Below are positions 49,001 through 57,185 of a stretch of DNA of 64,000 nt, in pieces. Numbering within the stretch: position 1 is the first letter of the stretch; every line of letters begins with the position of its first letter. A model generated the notes under the pieces. The model was not told where the DNA came from and ran no database searches. It saw only the letters and a program-made list of their open reading frames with translations. Both the position numbers and the translations under genes were made by a program. Location of the stretch: positions 248,001 to 312,000 of IMG/VR virus record IMGVR_UViG_3300042261_002385; one strand, 5' to 3'.

Positions 49001-52000
49001 CCACTTGAGCCTGAGGTTCCACTAGTTCCACTAGAACCTGAAGAGCCTGAAGTTCCACTTGTGCCAGAAGAGCCTGAAGTTCCACTTGTGCCAGAAGATC
49101 CACTTGTGCCACTAGTTCCAGAAGATCCACTTGTGCCACTTGAACCGGACGAACCAGATGTTCCACTCGATCCAGATGATCCACTGCTTCCCGATGTTCC
49201 TGAAGTTCCACTTGAACCGGATGAACCAGAAGTTCCAGAGGAACCAGAGCTACCGGAAGTTCCACTAGAACCAGAAGAACCGGAAGTTCCACTAGAACCA
49301 GAAGTTCCAGAGGAACCAGAGCTACCGGAAGTTCCACTTGTTCCAAAAGAGCCTGAGGTTCCAGATGATCCACTAGAACCAGAAGTGCCGGACGAACCAC
49401 TTGATCCACTAGAACCAGATGATCCGGAGGAACCACTTGAACCAGATGTTCCACTAGAACCAGATGTTCCAGATGAACCTGAGGTTCCAGAATTCCCAGA
49501 AGATCCAGATGTTCCACTCTCACCAGAAGTTCCAGATACTCCCGAAATACCAGAAGATCCAGATGTTCCAAAAGAACCTGAGGTTCCTGACGATCCACTA
49601 GAACCAGAAGTGCCGGACGAACCGCTTGTTCCACTAGAACCAGATGATCCAGAGGAACCACTAGTTCCGCTAGAACCAGATGATCCACTAGAACCAGAAG
49701 TTCCACTTGTGCCTGGAATTGAAGAGGTCCAACTTGCTAAACCATTCGAATCAGATACCAGTATATAACCATTCTGAGCACCATCTGTTATTTTTATTTG
49801 AGATGTAGTCAAACCACCAACTTGTAGATTTGAATAGCCATTTATACTCACAATACCAGAAACATCCGAATCGTTCGTGCTAACGGCAGCGAATGACTTT
49901 GCAGATTCATCCCATATGAACGCCTGTGTCAAACCGGTTCCTCTTTTGACCATAAAACCTGAATCAAGAGTTGGAGAACCAGACTGAGTTGATGCTAGTA
50001 ATATAATAGAATCCTCAACTGTTAGGTTTACTGTGTTTACAGTAGTTGAAGTTCCACTTATCGTTAGATTACCAGACACAGTTAAATCCCCAGTGACTGA
50101 TAGTGTATTTCCATCAAATGTCAAATTTGATTCTACTGTAGCATTCGGAGCAGAACCATTCAAAGTTATCACTCCATTATCTGTTGTGCCACTAAGTGAC
50201 AACAAACCACTAGAACCAGAAGTTCCAGATGAACCACTTGAGCCAGATGAACCACTTGTTCCAGTAGAGCCGGACGAACCACTTGTTCCAGAAGATCCAG
50301 AAGATCCACTAGTCCCAGAGCTACCTGATGATCCACTTGTTCCAGAAGATCCAGAGGATCCGGATGTTCCACTTGAGCCAGAAGAACCACTTGAGCCAGA
50401 AGAACCACTTGTTCCAGCAGTTCCGGAAGTTCCACTAGAACCACTAGATCCAGAAGAACCACTAGATCCAGAGGATCCAGAGGATCCGGATGTTCCACTA
50501 GATCCAGATGATCCTGACGTTCCTGAACTTCCACTAGTTCCTGAACTACCGGATGTTCCACTAGTTCCGGAACTACCAGATGAACCACTAGTTCCGGATG
50601 TTCCACTAGTTCCGGAACTACCAGATGAACCACTAGATCCAGATGATCCAGATGATCCACTAGATCCAGATGATCCAGATGATCCACTAGATCCATCAAC
50701 TCCATCAATACCTGATAGACCTGAGGTTCCGCTTGAACCAGAGGTGCCTGAGCTACCAGAAGTACCACTAGATCCAGATGTGCCTCTAGTGCCCGATGAA
50801 CCGGATGTTCCGGAACTACCGGATGAACCACTTGTGCCTGATGAGCCGGATGTTCCACTTGTTCCGGAACTACCAGATGAACCGGATGTTCCACTAGAAC
50901 CAGAAGAACCACTTGTTCCGGAAGTTCCAGGAACTGAGGCTGTCCAGAATGCTAAACCTGTCGCATCGGACATTAATATGTAGTTTGCCTGAGCACCAGT
51001 CGTTATCTTAATTTGTGAGGTAGTCAAACCACCTACTTGTAAATTAGAGTAAGAGGATATATTAATAGAGTTAGCAGTAGCTGGATCATTCGTAGATACA
51101 GCAGCAAAGGACTGAGCTGATTCATCCCAAATAAAAGCCTGTGTGGATCCAGTGCCTCTTCTAACCATGAAACCCGAATCCAGTGTAGGAGAACCAGACT
51201 GTGTTGAAGCTAATAAAATTATTGGATCTTCAACCGTAAGGTTAATCGTATCAATAGTTGTAGTTGTTCCACTAATAGTCAAATTACCAGATACTGTAAC
51301 ATCACCAGTAACCGCTAGTGTTGATCCATCAAAGGTTAGATTAGATTCAACAGTAGCATTTGGAGCAGTCCCATCTAAGGTTATTACACCGTTGTTAGTT
51401 GTTCCAGTGAGTGATAATAAACCACTTGAACCCGAGGTTCCGGATGAACCACTTGTGCCTGAGCTACCACTAGAACCGCTTGTTCCAGAAGATCCACTTG
51501 AACCAGAAGAACCGGATGTGCCACTAGATCCAGATGTGCCAGATGTCCCGCTAGAACCCGAAGTTCCACTAGAACCGGATGTTCCACTTGTTCCAGATGT
51601 TCCTGAAGTTCCTTCAGTTCCTGAAGTGCCACTAGAACCGGAAGATCCACTAGAACCGGATGTTCCACTAGAACCGGAAGATCCACTAAGACCGGATGTT
51701 CCACTAGATCCAGAGGTTCCTTCAGTTCCTGACGTGCCACTAGATCCGGATGTTCCTGAAGATCCACTTGTTCCTGATGTGCCAGTCGAACCAGATGTTC
51801 CTGAAGATCCACTTGTTCCCGCGGTTCCACTTGTACCTGATGAACCTGAAGATCCAGAAGTTCCAGAAGTTCCGCTCTCTCCAGAAGTTCCAGACACACC
51901 AGATATACCGGACGTGCCTGATGAACCTGAAGATCCACTTGTTCCAGACGAACCTGAAGTTCCAGATGTGCTTGGAATTGAGGCCGTCCAACTTGCGTTA

Positions 52001-52200
52001 CCAACAAGGTCAGAAACTAAATAGTATCCATACTGTTGATTTCCGTCAATATATTGAAAAGTTCCGTTAACTACTAACTTTTGATTTGCATTATCCCAAC
52101 GTAAATTATTAAAATTCTCACTAACAACACTATTGGTGCCAAGAAAAAGAATCGAACCTTGCGAGGCACCTCGTATTTGTTTAATATTCATTTGAGCCAT
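43033..52200 (-). CDS. 3055-aa giant fibre protein with eight Gly-[Ser/Thr]-Ser tracts and six ~160-aa beta modules
   Basis: The GNLTISGT.TTV.T.NLTV.D.II.L..G..RG....WDES module is typical of T4-like phage fibres, with Gly at every third residue between modules. Confidence 0.85.
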   Translation of the reverse strand: MAQMNIKQIRGASQGSILFLGTNSVVSENFNNLRWDNANQKLVVNGTFQYIDGNQQYGYYLVSDLVGNASWTASIPSTSGTSGSSGTSGSSGSSGTSGISGVSGTSGESGTSGTSGSSGSSGTSGTAGTSGSSGTSGSTGTSGTSGSSGTSGSSGTSGTEGTSGSSGTSGLSGSSGSSGTSGSSGSSGSSGTSGTEGTSGTSGTSGTSGSSGTSGSSGTSGTSGSSGTSGSSGSSGSSGTSGSSGSSGTSGSSGTSGSSGLLSLTGTTNNGVITLDGTAPNATVESNLTFDGSTLAVTGDVTVSGNLTISGTTTTIDTINLTVEDPIILLASTQSGSPTLDSGFMVRRGTGSTQAFIWDESAQSFAAVSTNDPATANSINISSYSNLQVGGLTTSQIKITTGAQANYILMSDATGLAFWTASVPGTSGTSGSSGSSGTSGSSGSSGTSGTSGSSGTSGSSGSSGTSGSSGTRGTSGSSGTSGSSGTSGSSGTSGLSGIDGVDGSSGSSGSSGSSGSSGSSGSSGSSGSSGTSGTSGTSGSSGSSGTSGTSGSSGTSGSSGTSGSSGSSGTSGSSGSSGSSGSSGSSGSSGTSGTAGTSGSSGSSGSSGSSGTSGSSGSSGTSGSSGSSGTSGSSGSSGTSGSSGSTGTSGSSGSSGSSGTSGSSGLLSLSGTTDNGVITLNGSAPNATVESNLTFDGNTLSVTGDLTVSGNLTISGTSTTVNTVNLTVEDSIILLASTQSGSPTLDSGFMVKRGTGLTQAFIWDESAKSFAAVSTNDSDVSGIVSINGYSNLQVGGLTTSQIKITDGAQNGYILVSDSNGLASWTSSIPGTSGTSGSSGSSGSSGTSGSSGSSGSSGTSGSSGTSGSSGSSGTSGSFGTSGSSGISGVSGTSGESGTSGSSGNSGTSGSSGTSGSSGTSGSSGSSGSSGSSGSSGSSGTSGSSGSSGTSGSFGTSGTSGSSGSSGTSGSSGTSGSSGSSGTSGSSGSSGTSGSSGSSGTSGTSGSSGSSGSSGTSGSSGSSGTSGSSGTSGTSGSSGTSGTSGSSGTSGTSGSSGSSGTSGTSGSSGTGFNTILQPADYRILTATGSSTNSAVAQTNLTFNQYSQLGITGSIKFDTGFTYSGVPAQVAGEIRWDDGNGVPSVVLKGGNVNLQIGSENVVLVYNDSGTTLNDGDLVYISGAQGNRPSVKLASASNESTQNVLGMVTETIPAGNEGFVTDFGIVNNLNTIGLTAGLPIYLSTTPGTYTQNPLDAPLHSNLVGWVVRVHASVGSIFIRPETGYELSELHDVLNYATSSISDMSYLGWSASGAYWQVMPAPIGSSGTSGSSGSSGSSGTSGSSGTGFNTVSNPGDNRILTSDGTVNAANAESNLTFDGSTLNISGNLVVTGSFSVLGSASVVNTSSLVVSDPIIALGHSQSGSPSLDEGFMFVRGTGVTQAFIWDESDDTFALISTNDDHTVNGNVNISSYSNLRLNGLTASQLKLTTGAQSGYILMSDSTGLAFWTSSTPGTSGTSGSSGTSGTSGSSGTTGTSGSSGSSGSSGSSGSSGTSGTSGASGSSGTSGSSGSSGTSGSSGSSGTSGSSGTSGTSGSSGSSGTSGSSGTSGTSGSSGTSGSSGTSGSSGSSGTSGSSGSSGTSGTSATSGSSGTSGSTGSSGTSGSSGSSGSSGSSGTTGTSGTAGTSGTSGFSGSSGTSGSSGTSGSSGTSGTRGTSGSTGTSGSSGTSGSSGFSGVDGTSGSAGTSGSSGTSGSSGSSGSSGSSGSSGSSGSSGTTGTSGSSGTSGSSGLLSLTGTTNNGVITLDGSAPNATVESNLTFDGNTLAVTGDVTVSGNLIISGTSTTVNTTNLTVQDPLILLASTQSGTPTLDSGFMINRGTGATQAFIWDESAKSFVAISTNDSSTNTTLSILNYSNLQVGGLTTSQIKITTGAQANYILMSDSTGLGFWTSSVPGTSGTSGSSGSSGTSGSAGTSGTSGTSGSSGTSGSSGTRGTSGTSGTSGSAGTSGSTGTSGSSGTSGLSGVDGTSGTFGTSGSAGSSGTSGSTGTSGTSGTSGSSGSSGTSGTSGTNGTSGTSGSSGSSGSSGTSGSSGSTGTSGSSGSSGSSGSSGSSGTSGSSGSSGTSGSSGSSGTSGSSGTSGTSGSSGTSGTSGSSGTSGTSGSSGTSGTSGTSGSSGSSGSSGSSGTSGSTGTSGSSGTSGTRGTSGSSGLLSLTGTTNNGVITLDGSAPNATVESNLTFDGSTLTVTGNIVATGDLTISGTTTTIDTVNLTVEDPIILLASTQSGSPTLDSGFMVRRGTGLTQAFIWDESAQSFAAVSTNDNSTSSPITISGYSNLQVNGLTASQIKITTGAQANYILMSDATGLAFWTASVPGTSGTSGSSGTSGSSGTSGSSGTSGSTGTSGSAGSSGTSGTSGTSGSSGSSGTSGTSGSSGSSGTSGSTGTSGSSGTSGSSGSSGTSGSSGTSGSSGSSGSSGTSGTSGSSGTSGSSGSSGSSGTSGTSGSSGTSGSSGSSGSSGTTGSSGTTGTSGTSGFSGVDGTSGSAGTAGSSGTRGTSGSSGSSGSSGTSGSSGTSGTSGTSGSSGTSGSSGTSGSSGTSGTSGSSGTSGSSGTGGTSGSSGTSGSSGLLSLTGTTNNGVITLDGSAPNATVETNLTFDGSTLAVTGDVTVSGNLTISGTSTTVNTTNLTVEDSLILLASTQSGAPTLDSGFMINRGTGATQAFIWDESAKSFAVVSTNDSSTTNVVNISSYSNLQVNGLTASQIKITTGAQANYILMSDATGLAFWTASVPGTSGTSGSSGSSGTSGTSGTSGSSGTSGSSGSSGTSGSSGSSGSSGTSGTSGTSGSSGTSGSSGSSGTSGSSGSSGSSGTSGTSGSSGTGFNTILQPLDFRILTATGSSTNSAVAQPNFTFNPNTQLLSLTGSMTISGTPSGNSLTINTPAGQVFSIGDVTLIGDSQVPSLYTTKKVTLSSGNNSIYSFATASYTGAFVDYTLSSGGNARSGNLMAIWNGSNLKFTDNSTLDIGTTNGVTFSFIISGTYAVLQASADASGWIVKTILRSI
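43611..43810 (-). repeat. Exact 99-bp tandem duplication
   Basis: The sequence at 43611 recurs at 43710. Confidence 0.88.
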
Positions 52201-52308
52201 TAATGACTATATCTTTTTTACTTACTATATATAAAAAAAAGATTGTCTAAAATAATGGAGACTAGTCAAAACAAAATTATTTTGAACAAAAAAATTAGTC
52301 AATAAATT

Positions 52309-53733
52309 TTAATTTTCATAGACTATGATAACCTCATCATTGTTATCCAACTCGAATTTAGCTGTAAAACCATTCCAATATAGAGTATTGCCAGATGAAA
52401 CACTCCCTAAAACAAGAGCCGAAAGACCACCGTCGTTTGAGAAATAACAGTCTACATTTGAAAATGTGCCATCTCCTAACTTCTGTAACTGACCATTGAT
52501 AAAGACTTGAATTCTTGAATATTGATTGGGAGTTGATGTTATGGCTAAACCAGTTGTAGAATTATTACCCACAGTCACAGATGAGGTTCCATATTGGGAA
52601 ACTGGTGTTCCATTTATACCTAAAATATCTACACTAATTTGATTTCCATTGTGAGTTAAACCAGTTCCAACTATTGAATTGAAATCTAAAGAAACAGTAG
52701 GTCCAGATTTAGTGAGACCTAAACCAGCATTCAGAAGAATGTCTACCTCTGAACCAGAAAGACCTGCTGTCCACGTATCTGTTGATTCATTCCATATAAG
52801 TGCCGCTGTTGGTTGATTACCCCTAATCACTTCAATACCAGCATTCAAAAATGGAGAACCAGAAAACGTTGCATTTAAAGTTATGATATTATCCTCAATT
52901 AGTAGAGTTTCAGTTTGGATATACGATACGGTTCCGTTTACAATCAAACTACCATTTACTGTTAAAGAGTCTTGAAAAATTCGGTCTCCATCTATTGTAT
53001 CTTTTAATCTTAATAAATCATTTGAAATCTCTAATGAGTCAGAATTGACATTTACATCCAAACTATAACCGTTCGCGGTAAGACCGTTTCCAGGAATAAT
53101 GGTATTATCTATGATAATTTCATCTCCAGAGAAAGTAAGTCCACTATTCACACCTAAATTAACATCTAAAGTAATATAGTTTGCGGTTCCTCCTCCGGAT
53201 AAGCCATTTCCAGCTGTCACACCAGCTATAGTTCCACTTGAAGTAGAAACCCCTTTTGAACCAAGATATTTGTAAAATGAAATTTTAGGAGGTAAAACAC
53301 TTGTGACTCCAGATGGTAAAGTTCCATAAAATGTCAATAATCCAGCAGCAGTATCAACTAACCAATCACCATCACCAAAAGCAATTGATGTAGTTCCATC
53401 ATTCTTATATAAAGAGTAATTGTAAGTTCCATCACCGAAATTAAATGATATAGCATCAATTAAATTGGCACTGAAATAAGCTCGATTGTTAGAACCAGCC
53501 AAGTGAGTAAGGGTTTGTTTCTCAAAATATTGAACAACGCCAGACGAAGCACCCGAAACTAATGACGGTGCCGTAGTCGGTATTAAAGAACTTTCAGACC
53601 AAATTTGGTCACTAAAAATAATTTCTCTTCCAAGTTTCGGCTCTTCGAAGAAATCCCTAGATGTCAAAGTTTCTCCAGCTCCAAATGACTTTTTGAATAA
53701 TCTACTTGCTTGTTGTGACGCTGTTAATGCCAT
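52309..53733 (-). CDS. Tail/fibre-associated structural protein
   Basis: VTAGNGLSGGG and GLGLT repeats, plus one diverged copy of the fibre module (GSLIVNGT..IEDNIITLN..RG..WNES). Confidence 0.7.
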   Translation of the reverse strand: MALTASQQASRLFKKSFGAGETLTSRDFFEEPKLGREIIFSDQIWSESSLIPTTAPSLVSGASSGVVQYFEKQTLTHLAGSNNRAYFSANLIDAISFNFGDGTYNYSLYKNDGTTSIAFGDGDWLVDTAAGLLTFYGTLPSGVTSVLPPKISFYKYLGSKGVSTSSGTIAGVTAGNGLSGGGTANYITLDVNLGVNSGLTFSGDEIIIDNTIIPGNGLTANGYSLDVNVNSDSLEISNDLLRLKDTIDGDRIFQDSLTVNGSLIVNGTVSYIQTETLLIEDNIITLNATFSGSPFLNAGIEVIRGNQPTAALIWNESTDTWTAGLSGSEVDILLNAGLGLTKSGPTVSLDFNSIVGTGLTHNGNQISVDILGINGTPVSQYGTSSVTVGNNSTTGLAITSTPNQYSRIQVFINGQLQKLGDGTFSNVDCYFSNDGGLSALVLGSVSSGNTLYWNGFTAKFELDNNDEVIIVYEN

Positions 53734-53749
53734 TTATTTCTTCTTTTTT

Positions 53750-56700
53750 TTAAACTATACTTGTCGCTGTTATCGAACTAAATTGTATTCCAGTTCCACT
53801 TCCAGTAATTCCTATTCTAACTATTATCGATCCAGAGTGCGTCACAGCTCCAAAAGTAATCCTTCTAGCTGTTGCAGTTGATGAAGCTACAACTACTGAT
53901 GCCACACCGTTACTCGTTGAACCTGGATTTCCTACTCCTGAGTAAGCACTATCACCATCAACCCAATAAGATGAACCTTCTATTTTGACCTCAACTAACA
54001 AATTTGTCACTCCGGTTGAAGTTGAAATACCAGAAGAACTGACAAAATTGAGAGTAAATGCACTATTGTTAGTGAATGTTCCAACGTTGAAAGTTGCCCA
54101 TCTTGTGCCAGATGCTGAAGAGTAATCCGGTCCACCAACAGAAGTGTAATTAACCGTTGGATATAAGTATATGCCGTTTCTTAATTGTAACTCCTCTGTA
54201 TAAGTTCCTACCAGAGATTGTGAAGAATCATATGATGCCGTGTAACCAGTAGCTGGATAACTACCTGATCCAGAGGTCTTTCTTGACGTTTCATTAGAAA
54301 CTGTATCTACTCTATGAGAGGTGCTTGTAAATGTTGTGTTAGAACCATAAGTTCCAATCGAGTTTCTACCTCTAACCGTGAAAAAGAACGATAAGTCGCT
54401 AAACTGACTCGCCTGAATTGCTCCAGATTTTCCAGTTACACTTCCAGTCTGACCATATGATGTAGGTATTGAATCAGGATCCCCAGTGGAACCAGCGATA
54501 TGACCAGCGTTAATTTGGTATACCGATGTAGCCGCGTAAAAGTAACTACTAACATTACTAACACTGAAACCTATAGATGTGACTGTTTGAGAAGTTGTTA
54601 ATGTAGGAACACCTGAAATATAAGATGTCATTGAAGGAACACTTGCTGTTATTGATGTAATAGATACAGTAAGTGGTGAATCAATATAATAACTGAATGT
54701 TTCTGGTGAGTCATTTCCTGGGTGAAACAATTGTAGTGTCCTCTGAGTGGAAGACGGTGTTATTGTTGGAAGTGTTCCAGCCAATGAGAAATCGATAATG
54801 CCTGTCCAGAAACCAGCTTGTCCTGATATTCCAGTATACGGATCCGTGCTAGCACTGTGTCTTATATTTCCTGTATTTTTAAGTGTAGTCGCTGTTCCAG
54901 CTAATGTGACAGTCTCTATTGTAACACTTTGATCTATTAAAGAGAACGTCAAACCTGAGGTATCAACTCTTGCACTTGAACCAGTAGAAACCGAATCAAC
55001 ATCTGTCAATGTAGGAGTTGTTGATGTATACATATTTGTAACTGTCGAACCTGAAGTCAGAGCTCGTGGTGAATATGAAGTATTTGTAAATGAAATAGAT
55101 GTAATTGCATTATTCCAGTTTGAAGGTGGTGTTGGAGCCAACAACAAAAACATTTCATTAAATCTATCAATAGCTGTTCCTATTGGTGTAGTTGGTGTGA
55201 AATCAGTAAATATTCCATCCGTATATGAGCCATCTTCTGCGTCTCCAATAACTCCTATACCACCAAGTGATATAGTTCCAACATCTGTTAAACGACCCTG
55301 TGAGTCGACTGTAAAGAAAGGAATAGATTGGGAATTACCATATGAACCAGCTGTCACTCCTGTGTTTGTCAATGTCACAGCATCTGAAGAAATCGTAATA
55401 CCTGTTCCTACATTAACATCCAATGTTATATAAGATGAAGTTCCACCACCTATTAATCCATCACCGGCTGTTACTCCAATTAAGTTTCCAGAACCCAAAC
55501 CACCAATTAATAAATCTACATAATTCTTATCAATTAAGGAATGGGTTACAAATCCAGCTGAGTAATCAGCCATATATACTAATCCTCTTCCATCAGCAAT
55601 AGCAACCAGACTAGTTGTTCCTAAAAGTGATAACTGACCTGAAGCAGATAAAGTTAGATCATTATCCGTTAATATTTGAGCAGATGTTGTCGAGTCAATA
55701 CTAAAAAAACCACTCAATACATCAAATACGGAAGAGGTAATAGTTATATTATCATAACCGGTAAGGGTTAAATCATAATTGTTACCAGATAAATCTAAAT
55801 TTTGACTTAGCGTTCCACCTATCTGAACATAATCAGAAACTATTTCCAAACCATTACCAACATTTATATCTAAAACTCCACCATTTTGAGTCAAACCATT
55901 TCCAGCACCAGCCACTGAATTAGACCACACAAATTTACCAGAGGAATCAACTGAAAGAAAGTATCCGGCTGTTGCTCCACCATTTGTTCCAGAATCTAAT
56001 TTAGAAGCAGTCAGAGATCCATCTTTCACAATAGCCGACACAGAAAGTCCATAAATTGTATTCTGAGTTGTAAAATCGATTGTTGATGAATCATTATAAG
56101 AAGAAGTTGCACCACCTCCTCCAGACAAACTGACTAAAGCTAAACTACCATAGTTTGAAAAGGTTCCACCTGTCAATAAAACCGAGCCATTAGCTATGAT
56201 CACTTGACCATAATTCACAAGAGTCCCAGAAATAGTCAAATCAGCATAGACCCAATATTGATAGTTCTGTGGTACTACAATATAATCCGTTGGTTCAATG
56301 ATATATTTAACATTAAATAAATCCTCATTTACAAAAGACCTATTCAGTTGAAAAAAGGTTCCGTCATAAACCATATTATACACTATACCAACTTCAATAT
56401 CAAAAGGATTAAAGTTTGTGAGTCCGGACACACTTGGTTTTTTTAACAGAACTGGACCGACTCCATTAATATTGACAGAAACCGTATTACCAATATTGGT
56501 TGAAGAGAACTTGGTCAGAAATATCATATCACTAACATAAGTGGAGAAAACCGGAGTTGAAGAACCGGAAAATGTAGCTCCATTAGATGTTCCTAATGTA
56601 ATATCTCTTATCTGACCTATTCTTTCTTTTGTCCAAGTTCCATAAGGAAATGGATAAGTCCCACCTTGTGTTTCATACCTGTATATTGCTCCATCTTCAT

Positions 56701-57181
56701 TATCAACTACCAATGACATACCATCAGTCGGAGTCGTAGAGTCCCATTGAGTGAGAACTGAGTTCCATTGAACTATTAAACCACTGTTTAGAGCAGACCA
56801 AGCACCCGCAGGACTACTCCCTACAATATACCTATCACCAGATGTAGGAGAACCAGGAGGAGAATTTTGAATAGAAATAACAGAATCAACCCACTCGTTA
56901 CCAGAACCACCACCAGAACCACTGAATTCAACCCAGTTGTTATTGTCCATAATCGATGTTGATGAATAATTATAAGTCAACTGATACGTTTTATCTTGAT
57001 TGATTACATAACACATCATACCCCACTCTCTTCTTTCGAATATGATGGCGTTTCTAGCTGTATTATCAGCCGCTGTATGTAATCCACCTTTGATTTCCTT
57101 CGCGTAAGCAGAGGCAATTGGATCATTTGTATCCACTGGTCTTATCGCTGATGAAACTAAAGTTCCTACATTTTTACTCAT
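53750..57181 (-). CDS. Large tail/fibre protein with a DUF2793-like segment
   Basis: RREWGMMCYV N-terminal module, PPGSPTSGDRYIVG..GAW..W..P.DG segment and AGNGL repeats. Confidence 0.7.
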   Translation of the reverse strand: MSKNVGTLVSSAIRPVDTNDPIASAYAKEIKGGLHTAADNTARNAIIFERREWGMMCYVINQDKTYQLTYNYSSTSIMDNNNWVEFSGSGGGSGNEWVDSVISIQNSPPGSPTSGDRYIVGSSPAGAWSALNSGLIVQWNSVLTQWDSTTPTDGMSLVVDNEDGAIYRYETQGGTYPFPYGTWTKERIGQIRDITLGTSNGATFSGSSTPVFSTYVSDMIFLTKFSSTNIGNTVSVNINGVGPVLLKKPSVSGLTNFNPFDIEVGIVYNMVYDGTFFQLNRSFVNEDLFNVKYIIEPTDYIVVPQNYQYWVYADLTISGTLVNYGQVIIANGSVLLTGGTFSNYGSLALVSLSGGGGATSSYNDSSTIDFTTQNTIYGLSVSAIVKDGSLTASKLDSGTNGGATAGYFLSVDSSGKFVWSNSVAGAGNGLTQNGGVLDINVGNGLEIVSDYVQIGGTLSQNLDLSGNNYDLTLTGYDNITITSSVFDVLSGFFSIDSTTSAQILTDNDLTLSASGQLSLLGTTSLVAIADGRGLVYMADYSAGFVTHSLIDKNYVDLLIGGLGSGNLIGVTAGDGLIGGGTSSYITLDVNVGTGITISSDAVTLTNTGVTAGSYGNSQSIPFFTVDSQGRLTDVGTISLGGIGVIGDAEDGSYTDGIFTDFTPTTPIGTAIDRFNEMFLLLAPTPPSNWNNAITSISFTNTSYSPRALTSGSTVTNMYTSTTPTLTDVDSVSTGSSARVDTSGLTFSLIDQSVTIETVTLAGTATTLKNTGNIRHSASTDPYTGISGQAGFWTGIIDFSLAGTLPTITPSSTQRTLQLFHPGNDSPETFSYYIDSPLTVSITSITASVPSMTSYISGVPTLTTSQTVTSIGFSVSNVSSYFYAATSVYQINAGHIAGSTGDPDSIPTSYGQTGSVTGKSGAIQASQFSDLSFFFTVRGRNSIGTYGSNTTFTSTSHRVDTVSNETSRKTSGSGSYPATGYTASYDSSQSLVGTYTEELQLRNGIYLYPTVNYTSVGGPDYSSASGTRWATFNVGTFTNNSAFTLNFVSSSGISTSTGVTNLLVEVKIEGSSYWVDGDSAYSGVGNPGSTSNGVASVVVASSTATARRITFGAVTHSGSIIVRIGITGSGTGIQFSSITATSIV

Positions 57182-57185
57182 TCAT

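Noticed and set aside
38236-52070. Many long alternative-frame and antisense ORFs (PEVPEEPL..., LVLVE...)
   Set aside because: These are shadow frames of the G-[ST]-S repeats, which lack stop codons in other frames. They have no promoters and overlap the real genes.
37848-52200. CRISPR array or non-coding satellite
   Set aside because: The repeats are in-frame and degenerate at third codon positions, with no constant repeat/unique spacer structure.
36104-52200. Diversity-generating retroelement acting on fibre tips
   Set aside because: There is no reverse transcriptase and no template/variable pair differing only at adenines in this window.
37848-52200. High GATC density as a Dam methylation island
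   Set aside because: It follows automatically from GGA-TCN (Gly-Ser) codons, and the methyltransferase specificity is unknown.
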